Below are positions 24,890 through 36,436 of a stretch of 40,746 nucleotides of DNA, piece after piece. Made by a program: the position numbers and the translations under genes. Every line of letters starts with the position of its first letter. Position 1 is the stretch's first letter. The stretch comes from Eledone cirrhosa (lineage: Eukaryota): positions 1 through 40,746 of the forward strand of contig CAXHJY010000773.1 in assembly GCA_964016885.1 (NCBI GenBank), in the 5' to 3' direction. The notes under the pieces are model-generated. The model worked only from the letters and a program-made list of their open reading frames with translations, ran no database searches and was not told where the DNA came from.

Positions 24890-25263
24890 CACACATACAT
24901 ACATATACACACATACATACAAATACCTGTCACTTAATTTACACACACATCGGCCTTACACTTTCAAACTAAATTTTCTGTAGAAGTAACTTTAACCCTT
25001 TCTTTTCGACATAAAAATACACACATACATACAAATACCTGTAAATTCTTTTGGGGGGTCTTTCTTATCAATCTTTTTACATTCAATTATCAGCCTTATA
25101 CTTTCAAAGTCAATTTGAAGTAACTTCCACCCTTTATTTTTCGATACCCATTTACTTACTAACATTTGTATCACAACAACAATAACAATATTCATAAACA
25201 CAGTAGACTTTCAAAGTCAATTTTTCTGTAGAAGTAACTTTCACCCTTTCTTTTGGACATAAA

Positions 25264-25975
25264 ATGCCACCTAAAAAGAGAAGTCGCCTCAGTCGACATA
25301 CCGCGTCAGCAGTGGCGCAAAAGGCTACTATAGCAAACGAGTCCTCTGAGGAAAATGCTTCAAGACTTTCACAGACAGCCTTACGTTCAGCAGAATGTCG
25401 AGCCGCTGAAAGTTTCCAACAGCGCACCGCACGCCTAGCCAAAATGGCTTCATACCAGGCTTCTTCCAGGGCTTCAGAGAGCCGTGAACAAAGGTCGAAG
25501 CGCCTGGCTAGAAACGATGCGACTAATGCTGCTTCCAGGTCTTTGGAACGTTTAAAACAACGGACGGCTCGCCTTCCTACGAACGCTGCGGCTATGACTA
25601 CTTCCATGGCTTCTGAAGATGCAGACGGGCGGTCCATTAGCATTGCAAATGTTGCTTCTGCTATTGCTGCCAGACCTTCCCACCAACCACACGACCAATG
25701 TTCTACGTTCAAGCGTAACAGTCGACGGCGAGAAGCTGCACGCGGTGTGACGAGCCCCAACAGCCCTTACTGGCACCTATGGGCTTTCAAGTATGAGCAA
25801 AACGTTAATTACTCGATGCGCTCTGACATAAATATAGGCGAGATGCGCTTCAATTGCCAATTCTGCAATGCTACAAAGTGGGCTGGGGAGCCACCTGCAA
25901 TGTGATGCTTTAACGGTAAGGTCACCTTGCCCCCTCTTCCGGAACCGCCAGAGCCTTTGAAGGAACTACTGACTG
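25264..25975 (+). pseudogene. Helitron Rep/Hel N-terminus (NLS-like MPPKKRSR, R/E-rich repeats, zinc finger CQFC...*CFNGKV)
   Basis: IG-M---CxxC-A-KW--E----CC--GKV motif typical of Helitron N-termini, with one Cys changed to TGA. Confidence 0.8.
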
Positions 25976-26029
25976 GTTATACCTCAAGGTAAAAAAAAAA
26001 AAACCCTGATCCCCCCAATAAAAAACGCT

Positions 26030-26566
26030 CCTGGGGGTACCGGAAAAACTTTTGTAACGAATTTGATTCTCGCTAAGATTCGTCAGGAGAAAAAAGTTGC
26101 GTTGTCCGTTGCATCGTCCGGGATCGCTGCTACTTTGCTGCCGGGAGGCAGGACAGCACATTCAACCTTTAAACTCCCTTTGTATTTAGTAAAAACTGAG
26201 ACACCAACATGCAATATCAGCAAGAGTTCACACAAAGCTCAGGTTCACAAAAGATGTTGCCTCATTGTTTGGAATGAGTGCACAATGGCACACAAGGGTG
26301 CCCTTGAGGCATTGGACAGGGCCCGGAAAGACATTAGGGATTCTACGGCTCCTATGGGTGGCGTAACCCTTCCGCTATCAGGGGATTTTCGGAAAACGCT
26401 GCCTGTCATCCCCAAATGGACAAGAGCTGATGAAGTGCGTGCCTGTCTTAAGTCGTCCATGTTGTGGCTCCAGGTGAATAGTTTGTACCTGATCACAAAT
26501 ATGCGTGCTCATTTGCATGGTGACAACATGTCTGCAGCACAGAACATTTTAGCACTTGGTGAGGGC

Positions 26567-26568
<2 letters not shown>
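26030..26568 (+). pseudogene. Helitron PIF1-like SF1 helicase fragment
   Basis: G-GK Walker A remnant, VASSGIAATLLPGGRTAHSTFKLP, IVWNECTM (DE motif mutated), GDFRK-LPV, NMRA. Confidence 0.9.
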
Positions 26569-26646
<78 letters not shown>

Positions 26647-26647
26647 T

Positions 26648-26688
26648 GAGATTCTACAGGACTAGAACTGTTTCATTCATTAGAAATC

Positions 26689-26690
<2 letters not shown>
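26648..26690 (-). ncRNA. 5'-truncated hammerhead motif, same family as 18655-18705
   Basis: ATGA-T[TTC-TAAT-GAA]T-GAAA-CAG(TTCTAGTC)CTG-TA|GAATCTC between two (TA)n tracts. Stems are conserved and loops differ. Confidence 0.65.
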
Positions 26691-26734
<44 letters not shown>

Positions 26735-26742
<8 letters not shown>

Positions 26743-27304
26743 ATATTTGGGGAGGGTCATATTTGCGTAATATTGCCAGAATTAATAACAGAACACACTC
26801 ACTGTTTGGTTGGTTTTCGCTTCTCGTGGTCTTTTATATATATATATCTGCGATCTAACTTACTCGGTCCTCAATGTTGCCATTGACTGACCGGCGGTCA
26901 AAAATAATACAGATACAATATAGACAAACACATATATATATAGTTTACATAATTTACATAAATCTTTCGTTGCACATCTGCAACATCGTCAAAAAAAAAT
27001 GGCGTAGACATACAACACAACAGGAGGAACAATGAATATAACACCACTGACGATGTTGCAGATGTGCAACGAAAGATTTATGTAAATTATGTAAACTATA
27101 TATATATGTGTTTGTCTATATTGTATCTGTATTATTTTTGACCGCCGGTCAGTCAATGGCAACATTGAGGACCGAGTAAGTTAGATCGCAGATATATATA
27201 TATAAAAGACAGCGAGAAGCGAAAACCAACCAAACAGTGAGTGTGTTCTGTTATTAATTCTGGCAATATTACGCAAATATGACCCTCCCCAAATATAACA
27301 ATAT
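26735..27304. repeat. 257-bp near-perfect inverted repeat with 56-bp spacer, (TA)n-flanked
   Basis: 26735-26991 is the reverse complement of 27048-27304 (2 adjacent mismatches). Confidence 0.95.
27042..27085 (+). ncRNA. Hammerhead-like core (stems I and III weak)
   Basis: CTGACGA-T-GTTGCA(GATG)TGCAAC-GAAA at the inner edge of the inverted repeat. Confidence 0.45.
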
Positions 27305-27358
27305 CTGTTTCGACACACGATTTCATATAAAAACCTCGCAAAACTAATTCATCGCCGC

Positions 27359-27466
<108 letters not shown>

Positions 27467-27538
27467 TATAAAAGACGTAAAATAAGAAAATAAAAAAAAA
27501 ATTTTTTTTTTAAATTAACTTACTTACTTAAATTTTCA

Positions 27539-27618
27539 CTCCAACTAATTAGTTTCTGCAATGGGATAAAGACAGTTACGTAATGAACTGTTGAGAATTT
27601 CATTGCGTCATCAGGGAG
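27539..27618 (-). ncRNA. Type I hammerhead motif with extended, branched stem II
   Basis: CTCC-CTGATGA-C-GCAATG[...ACAGTT(8 nt)AACTGT...]CATTGC-A-GAAA-CTAATTAG-TT|GGAG. Palindromic stem III, GUU triplet. Confidence 0.65.
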
Positions 27619-27941
27619 GTCTATTCTCAGCCAAGTCTCCAGGCAATGCGCGGACACTGGGGACTCATATAAAAATAATAATAATTCGGTAAATTGAACA
27701 GCTATCGAGGACTGGATTCCAGGTACTGAAAATTCTCACTGCCACTGGTCATATGGCCGATTCTAAAGAATCAATCACGTGACACAGAGGCTAGTCAGTA
27801 GGAATGGGATGGTAAGATGACAGACGCCTACTAACACCCCCCAAAAAAATTTAGAAGTGGTTTTGGCAGGTTTGCTCGACAAATCAGTGATTTGGAGATA
27901 AATATAGATAATTTAATATATCTACTAACATAAGCGCACAG

Positions 27942-28327
<386 letters not shown>

Positions 28328-30830
28328 CGCTTCTTGACTTCATGGATGATTTCTTCCTATCCCAACTGGTGCTCGAACCAACGAGGTGCCACAAAAACGT
28401 CCTAGACTTAATTTTCAGCAATCACACTGACAATATCCACAATATTGCAGTGGAGAAAACTCTACTCTCTGATCATGACATGGTTCTCTGTGATCTGAGA
28501 TTCCACCGTCCAATATACAAACCCAATGTCATCTCTCCTGTCCATCCGTTTGACGCTATGGATTTCCACAATGCAAACTGGAAAGCGATCAGTCATGATC
28601 TTGCACATGTCGACTGGTCCTTCACGCACACTCATACACCCACTAACATCAAAAAGTCCTGGCAGACATTTGTGGACACTGTTACAAACATATATGCAAA
28701 ACACACCCCATTAAGAACTATAAACAAATCTAAGAGCAGAATCCCTAGAAATAGAAAAACGCTCATCAGAAAAATTAAGAGAACGAACAAAAAAATCAAC
28801 AAGCTGAAATACTGTCAGCAGCAACACATCAACTTGACTGCCATTTCATCACTAGAGATTAAAAAACATAACCTCCAAAACAACATAATGTCCCTCATCA
28901 ACAATCAGAGAAGAGCTGAAGAGGCCTGGGCCATTGAGAAGATCAAACTCAATCCCAAAGTGTTCTTTTCATTTGCAAAAAAACACAAAATCACTGGCTC
29001 TACTGTTGGCCCTCTAATTGATGAAAATGGCACTCTTCAAGACAATGCTAAAACCATGGGTGAGATACTGCAGAAACAATACTGCTCTGTTTTCAGCAAT
29101 CCTGATATGGCCGATCTGGGCTGTATCGGCGATGTTACTCCCCATTACACCTTATCGGACATAACGTTTGGCGCCCCTGGTGTCTTAGCGGCAATAAAGG
29201 AAATCAAGCATAATTCAGCAGTAGGTCCCGATAGGTTCCCTGCTTGTGTCTTGAAGGCGTGTCAACACCAACTTGCATCTCCTCTTGCCAATCTGTGGCG
29301 GAACTAACTGGATGCTGGATATGTGCCAGAAAACCTTCTATCCCAGTCTGTTGTCCCAGTTTTCAAAAAAGGAAACAAATCCCTTGCCGTGAATTACCGT
29401 CCAATCTCACTCACCTCTCATATCATTAAGGTATTTGAGAGAGTGGTGAGATCGCGAATGACCCACTTCCTTGAGAGTAACAATATGCTGAACTCCAACC
29501 AGCATGGATTCCGTAATGGAAGGGATTGCCTGACGCAGCTACTGCATCACTTTGATGACATTTTGAGAGCCTTGGGAGAGGGTTCCAACACTGATGTTAT
29601 CTACCTTGATTTCAGCAAGGCCTTTGACAGGGTTGATCATAACATTCTACTGAGAAAGCTCTCCAATATTGGTGTCACTGGAAAGCTGCTGCAGTGGATC
29701 AAGAGCTTCCTGTCAAACAGAACCCAGCATGTTGTAGTTGAAGGAGTCAAATCCAGCCCAGCCAAAGTCAGTAGTGGGGTCCCACAAGGCACTGTGTTGG
29801 GCCCACTTCTCTTCATCATCTATATTAATGACATCACTGACATCATCAAACACAGCAACATTAAAATTTTCGCTGATGATTCCAAGCTCCAAAAGGTCAT
29901 CAATGGCGTGGATGACCGGATAAGCCTTTAGTCAGACCTACTGGCTGTTACCCAATGGGCGGAAAAGAACAACATGTTACTGAACGAAGACAAATTCGAA
30001 CTGATCCACTTTGGAAAAGAGGATGCTCTGAAACTCCCGTACTCCCTTCCCTCCGGGGAAACTCTCGTGGCATCTAACAACATCAGAGACTTGGGAGTAA
30101 CCGTGGACAGCAACATAAGCTGGGCCACGCATATAAGCAGCAAAGTTGACATGGCCCGCAGAATGTGTTCCTGGATCCTCAGAACCTTCCAGTCGAGAGA
30201 TTCCCACACCATTATCCTTCTCTTCTCTACTTTTGCCCGACCACACCTTGAATACTGTTGTCCACTGTGGTCTCCCCACACGAAACAAAGTATCATGAAA
30301 CTTGAAGCTCCTCAAAGAGCAATCACGAAAAAGATAGATGGCATGTCAGACCTTGACTACTGGGGTCGACTAGAAAAGCTGAAACTTTACTCACTCCAAC
30401 GTCGCCGTGAGCGTTATATTATCTGCATGATGTGGAAAATGTTCCATCATCACTGCCCAAATGATGTTGGCATCGCCTTCAAGATACACGCAAGGCTTGG
30501 GCCCCGTGCTATCCGTCCCATACAAAACTCTAAATCGCAACTCATAACAACAATACAGCACAATTATTTCACCTCAATCGGCCCTGCTCTCTTCAACATC
30601 ACACCAGGACACGTCAAAACAGAAACTGACCACACAAAATTCAAGAAGTCTTTGGACAAATTCCTCCAAGTAATCCCGGACAAACCACCCACACCCGGAT
30701 ATGTCTCCGCAAACAGTAATTCTCTTCTCGAATGGGCCATGGTGCCCAAATCCTGAATTGAAAGACTTCGCCAGGTGGTGCTATTAAGTTAGACATGGCC
30801 TGGCCAAAACATTTCAAAGTTATTCAAAGT

Positions 30831-30831
<1 letters not shown>
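28328..30831 (+). mobile_element. 5'-truncated CR1-group LINE (APE C-terminus, RT, C-terminal domain)
   Basis: Single frame 28342-30756 with two nonsense codons (29305 TAA, 29929 TAG). Motifs LDLIF...SDH, NYRPISLTS, QHGFR, YLDFSKAFD, GVPQGTVLGP, FADD, RPHLEYC. Short 3'UTR with a TTCAAAGT repeat tail; inserted in (TA)n. Confidence 0.93.
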
Positions 30832-30892
<61 letters not shown>

Positions 30893-30894
30893 CA

Positions 30895-30932
<38 letters not shown>

Positions 30933-30969
30933 CAATTAACAACAAAGAGCGCTTAGAACATAGGTATAT

Positions 30970-31027
30970 CTTTAATTGCTGACAATGTTTCGTCCACACT
31001 AAAAGTGGGACTCTTCAGAGCTTAAAG
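30970..31027 (-). ncRNA. Type I hammerhead ribozyme (best canonical match in the window)
   Basis: CTTTAAGCT-CTGAAGA-GTCC-CAC(TTTTA)GTG-T-GGAC-GAAA-CATTG-TC|AGC-AA-TTAAAG. G-C closed stem II, GUC triplet, bulged 9-bp stem I, minimal stem III. Confidence 0.82.
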
Positions 31028-32089
31028 AGTAGATACAGAGTATAGAAGCATTAACAAATCCAAAACAGAAGAATATAATGTGGGGATATCATAAGGTGGG
31101 AGGAATTTAAAGTATTGTTCATATACAAGATAAGGATTAACGAATAAAGGATATATAATATGTGAAACTGTATTATCTGTGACCAGTGAAAACACCTGTT
31201 ATGGGTTTATGATTTTTGATAGCTGGGTAAGACACTTTGTGCACTATATCCGCGTAAATTTTGGGTGACCGATGTTATGTGTGTATGTGTGTGTATGTAT
31301 ATATATATGTGTATATATATATATATATGTATATATATATACTGTCTCTGGGCTAACCCTATTGTTGCGTGCCTTCTATCTACATTCTTGTGATGCCAGC
31401 GACGCTACTCAGTGTTGTGATTTTGAGAGGTTATTGGCTTTGAAAGCTATTTGCTATGCAAGTTGTTGAATGTTAAATTTCCCACTTGTATGTTGTATTT
31501 AGTATTTTATATTAAGTGGTATGCATAATAATAACCTGCTTCACCTAACCGTACTGAACCATCTGCCTTTGCCTGCTTTTATTCACTGATATGCACCTCA
31601 ATTGTTTGCCTTTTGATGTTCGCATTGCTATATAAGAATTTGCCTGCAACCTTCCCAGCATATGTTCCTGCTTGAGATATGTTTATGGATACATCTTGTC
31701 AACCAATAATTTTTGCCTGAGTGCTCAACTTTATGAATGCACATCTGCGGATTGAACTTTGAAGTATGAACTTTTGGGATTGTCTAACCTAGGATGTTTC
31801 CATTATATTGTAATAGTCCACTCATCTAGGGTGGACACCGCATCTGTTTATAAAGGTCTCATTCGAATACTCTATTGTTGGACTGCTGCTAATTGCAACA
31901 CCTAAAATTTTCTTGTATTCCTGATATATTCCTTATATCACCATGAATCAATATTAGTGTCACCTTATAATTTCTAAATGTTCTTAAAACATTATGAGTA
32001 CTTTATATTAATATTTAACAAAATTTTTATTTTTATTTTTATTTTATTAACTCAATTTACTGACATTATTTCCAATATTATTTCCAATA

Positions 32090-32280
32090 AGGGCGGTGTG
32101 GATTGGCAGTATCGGTAGAGAGTCGGACGCCATGCTTTCCAGCATAGTTACGTCCCTTTACGGTCTGAGTTCAAATCCTGTCGAGGTTCACTTTGCCTTT
32201 CATCCTTACGGGGTCGATAAAATAAAGTACCAGTAATGTACTGGGATAATTGCTGGCCTTGTGCCAAAAGTAGAAACAAT
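32090..32280 (+). mobile_element. SINE family A, full length
   Basis: Complete head to tail; flanking direct repeat ATTATTTCCAATA. Confidence 0.9.
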
Positions 32281-32641
32281 TATTTCCAATATTAGGAAAC
32301 TAGCACCTATACTACTATTATTATTACATGCCTTCATTATCATCCATATTATCCTTATTACCTTATTTACCCCCGTTTATTTTTATAAATATGTATTATT
32401 ATGACTGATATATATATATATATATCCTTATATATATATGTTTCTTTATATATTTTATATATTTTACGTATATCACCTGTTGCACATAGCTTGATAACTT
32501 ACACCTTTGCCAGTTTCATCTTTATTCACACCTTCCTTTATGGTGTATATTTTACTTTATTTTTTATCTATTTTTTATCTATATATATATATATACATAC
32601 ATATATATATATATATATAAATACATACATATATATATATA

Positions 32642-32775
<134 letters not shown>

Positions 32776-32776
32776 T

Positions 32777-33670
32777 GGAGGCGCGTAACCTAGTGGTAAA
32801 TTTGTTGGAATTATGATCGTAATGTCGTGGGTTCGATTCCTGGACTAGTTTATGTGTTGTGTTCCTGAGCAAAACCCTTTTTTCATATTGCTCCAGTATA
32901 CTCAGCTGAAAATGGGTTTAGCCATGTCCTGGAGTAGAGGGAGTCTTGTCCTGTCATTCGCTTCACCCTACGAAACTGAGATAAGCCTCCTGGCCCCAGA
33001 CAAACTTTAACCCTGATGGACTAGCGTCCTGTCCATGGGGAAGGGGTTGGCTTGTCCTGTCTGTCGCTTCACCCCGCAGAAACCGGGATAAGCCTCCGGA
33101 CTCGGGACAGACTTTAACTCGACATACGTCAAAACGGCCGGTCTGAAAAGTGAAACTAATTTTTGACAGTTACGTACACTCACTCATCTGAATAGATTTG
33201 TGTATATATAGTCCTGTATAAACTTCGAGATGACTATAATGCAGACACACGCAATTGTATGGATTTCTTAATATATATATATATATATGTGGGTGTGTAT
33301 ATGTGTGTATATATATGTGTGTGTATATGTATATATATATATATGTGTGTTTGTATATATATATGTGTTTGTATATATATATGTGAGTATATGTGTATAT
33401 ATACACACATATATATGTTGTTCATGTGTATATACATCTATAAGTTTGTGGATGTGTGTAAAAAAAATATCACTTATTCACAATCCAAATTGAAAATAAT
33501 GACGTACGTAACTGTCAAAAATTAGTTTCACTTTTGAGACCGGCCGTTTTGACGTATGCCCTTTAACTCTGTGATGGACTGACGACGTACTGTCCAGGTG
33601 GAGAAGTCTTGTACTCTCAGTCGCTTCACCTCACAGAAACCGGGTTGAGAACCGACCTTCGAACAGACTT
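32777..33670 (+). mobile_element. CORE-like SINE with tandemly repeated 3' module, interrupted by a MITE
   Basis: GGAGGCGCGTAACCTAGTGG, GTTCGATTCC, TGTGTTCCTGAGCAAAAC; then three copies of TCGCTTCACC...GAAAC...ACTTTA. Confidence 0.6.
33121..33560. mobile_element. MITE with 55-57-bp TIRs and 9-bp TSD (Mutator- or Merlin-like)
   Basis: 33123-33177 is the reverse complement of 33504-33558 (1 mismatch). Perfect TSD CTTTAACTC at 33112-33120 and 33561-33569. Confidence 0.88.
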
Positions 33671-33675
33671 TACAG

Positions 33676-34086
33676 TAGCCATGTCAAACTTGCGGCCCGC
33701 GAGCCGCATGCGGCCCTTTACATGCACACCTGCGGCCCGCACAAATATTTTTACAGCATGAGCATGTTTTATCTTTGTAATAGAATTGTTTCTACTTTTG
33801 GCACAAGGCCAGCAATCACCCAAGTGCATTACTGGTACTTTATTTTTATCGACCCCGTAAGGATGAAAGGCAAAGTTAACCTTGGCGGGATTTGAACTCA
33901 GAAGGGCAAGGGCCGTAACTCAATGCGTCAAAGCATGGCGTCCGACCCTCTACCGATACTGCCAATCCACCGCCTTTGTAATATAATATGAAAAAAATAT
34001 AGTTGTAATGTGCGCAATAGTAGTGTGTGGCCCTCAGACAACACATATGTAGCCTATGTGGCCCTCAGGGGCCCTCAGTTTGACTG
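33676..34086. mobile_element. hAT (Charlie-like) MITE containing a SINE
   Basis: CATGTCAAACTTGCGGCCCGCGAGCCGCATGCGGCCC start; GTGGCCCTC repeats and AGTTTGAC end. Confidence 0.6.
33783..33974 (-). mobile_element. SINE family A, full length
   Basis: Very similar to 16158-16353; TSD CTTTGTAATA. Confidence 0.9.
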
Positions 34087-34126
34087 TATATATATATATA
34101 TGAAATCTCATTTTCTTTCTTACAAG

Positions 34127-34195
34127 GCCGTGGCTCTTGTTGTGTGAATGCGTTCAACATTGTACTTAACGACCAACACTTCCTCTGATGAGTTA
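34127..34195 (+). pseudogene. Possible decayed duplicate of the protease exon 5 start
   Basis: Good acceptor TTTTCTTTCTTACAAG|; phase-1 read GRGS...IVLND, then TLPLM after a 1-nt shift, versus GKGSRTVLNELTLPVI in the true exon. Confidence 0.35.
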
Positions 34196-34455
34196 AATGA
34201 AAAATACATGAATTTTTCTTTTTCTGGGTGTATTTTGTTGTTGTTGTTTTATAAGTAGAACGGCCAGGTTGTCTAAACGATAGAAATAGTCACCTAACAT
34301 CTAAACAATGTCAATACAGCGATAAACAAGATAACTGTGGCAGCTTGTATGTGTCTGTCTGTGTATCAAAGTGTATTTTTGTAATGTATATGCATAGGCG
34401 TTTGTGTGTATATATGTCCGGACGCCTGGTGAATTTTCGTCGTGGTCGTCGTTGT

Positions 34456-34509
34456 TGTAGTAATAGTAGTAGTAGTAGTAGTAGTAGTAGTAGCAGTAGT
34501 AGCAGCAGC

Positions 34510-34546
<37 letters not shown>

Positions 34547-34593
34547 ATAGTAGTAGTAGCAGTAGCAGCAGTAGTAGTAGTAGTAGTAGTAGC

Positions 34594-34639
<46 letters not shown>

Positions 34640-34656
34640 ATGGTGGTGGTGGTGGT

Positions 34657-34688
<32 letters not shown>

Positions 34689-34740
34689 TAGCAGTAGTAG
34701 CAGCAGTAGCAGTAGTAGTAGTAGTAGCAGTAACAGCAGC

Positions 34741-34781
<41 letters not shown>

Positions 34782-35160
34782 CAGTAGCAGCAGTAGTAGT
34801 AGTAGTAGTAGCAGTAGCAGTAGTAGTAGCAGTAGCAGTAGTAGTAGCAGTAGCAGTAGTAGTAGTAGTAGCAGTAGTAGCAGCAGTAGCAGTAGTAGTA
34901 GTAGTAGCAGTAGCAGCAGCAGCAGTAGTAGTAGTAGTAGTAGTAGCAGTAGTAGTAGTAGTAGTAGTAGTAGCAGTAGTAGCAGCAGTAGTAGTAGTAG
35001 TAGCAGTAGCAGTAGTAGTAGTAGTAGCAGTAGCAGTAGCAGTAGTAGTAGTAGTAGCAGTAGCAGCAGTAGCAGCAGTAGTAGTAGCAGCAGTAGCAGC
35101 AGTAGCAGTAGCAGTAGTAGTAGTAGTAGTAGTAGCAGCAGTAGTAGTAGCAGTAGTAGC

Positions 35161-35197
<37 letters not shown>

Positions 35198-35217
35198 ATG
35201 GTGGCGGTGGTGGTGGT

Positions 35218-35255
<38 letters not shown>

Positions 35256-35262
35256 TAGTAGT
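34456..35262. repeat. (AGT/AGC)n trinucleotide microsatellite, ~800 bp
   Basis: Source of the poly-S, poly-L and poly-V ORFs. Confidence 0.98.
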
Positions 35263-35559
35263 GGAATGAAAATAGGTGGGGGCAATTTTTATTTCAGTCT
35301 TTGTCAGTAGGGCGGTGAGAAGAATGACAGGTTCGACTTAACCTTTTAATACGAACAAAACACGCTTTATCAGATAAGTTACATGCTGAGTGGGATGAAA
35401 CTCAGTGCTGCGAAAACTGGTATACGCGTCCTCTCAAGGAAGCCTGCGCCTGCGCAGTTCACTCTATATGTGAGCGGGGAGTTCCACAGAAGCAGGTGGA
35501 GAAGTTCAAGTATCTCGCAGCAGTGTTCACGAGTGATTGAAAGCAAGAGGCTTGGCAGC

Positions 35560-35712
35560 AGCGAGTTACTGCGCTTTACGTTCTGAGTTCAATTCCCGCC
35601 GAGGTTAACTTTACCTTTCATCCTTACGTGGTCGATAAAATAAAGTACCAGTAACGTACTGAGGTCGATTTGATCGATTTCCCTTCCCCCAAAATTACTG
35701 GACTTGTTCCTA
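35560..35712 (+). mobile_element. SINE family A, 5'-truncated older subfamily
   Basis: B-box and central motif. Confidence 0.75.
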
Positions 35713-35715
35713 TAC

Positions 35716-36240
35716 TAGGAAGGGCAGGCAGTTTTTATCTGTCTGGTGGCCATGGCAAAAGAGATCGTGTGGTGGACGCGTTTGAAAGGGCTGAAGACGA
35801 GCACTTACCTCTTCGGTAATGCCCTGATGAACTTTTTCAAATTTCATTTCAAAAGGAAAATCAGGGTAGAGAGGGAAGTGCTCTCTTCCCAGCATTTTGT
35901 TGAAAGATGGGTGAGAGAGGCAAGCATGGCCCGAGTAAATGGGCCTCTCTGAGTATGCGCCTGTAAATTGAAGGGGGAAAACTGGGAGAAGGCACTTGCC
36001 CTGGTGGTCAGGGTCACTCTGGCTTTTTTAATGAGCTTTCTCCACGAATGTTCCTCGGAAGTCTCTCCCCTATTGTGGAATTATCCTTTGTTTCTTTTTT
36101 GTCAATTTCTGTGTTTTTTACTTTACACGCAGAAATGCCCATTTGTACCATCCTGTATTGTCCTGTGTTGTCCGTAATGTTATACTTTGTGTCACCCTTG
36201 TGGTTAATAAAGAAAGCATCATTATTATTATTATTATTAT
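35716..36240 (+). mobile_element. 3' end of an L1/Tx1-like LINE
   Basis: AKEIVWWTR...F...RW pattern resembles Tx1 ORF2 C-termini; T-rich 3'UTR, AATAAA and an (ATT)n tail. Confidence 0.5.
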
Positions 36241-36436
36241 AAAGTACCAGTAATGCACTGGGTAATTACTGGCCTTGTGCCAAAAGTAGAAACAATTATT
36301 TAATTTACCTTTCTATTCTGAGTTCAAATCCCGCCGAGGTCAACTTTGCCTTTCATCCTTACGGAGTCGATAAAATAAAGTACCAGTAATGTACTGGTAT
36401 TTTGCTGACCTTGTGCCAAAAGTAGAAACAATTATT
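36240..36436 (+). mobile_element. Two tandem 5'-truncated SINE family A copies
   Basis: Tail fragment 36240-36300 and a B-box-to-tail copy 36315-36436. Confidence 0.8.

Larger units (their letters stand above)
24061..26568 (+). mobile_element. Internally deleted Helitron (Rep/Hel remnant)
   Basis: 5' A|TC start in (TA)n; ~300-bp internal tandem repeat at 24652 and 24951; N-terminal ORF and PIF1 helicase fragments; no 3' CTRR end. Confidence 0.8.

Noticed and set aside
31450-31960. Unique-looking segment, possibly a decayed TE or exon
   Set aside because: No recognisable motif, ORF or splice-compatible frame.
32777-32850. tRNA gene
   Set aside because: A and B boxes are present but there is no cloverleaf. 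It continues into a SINE body, as do the other SINE heads.
34180-34215. CTGATGA-GTTAAAT-GAAA hammerhead-like core
   Set aside because: No convincing stem I or stem III; better explained by chance or the pseudo-exon.
34311-35310. Poly-Leu, poly-Ser and poly-Val ORFs
   Set aside because: Trinucleotide microsatellite.
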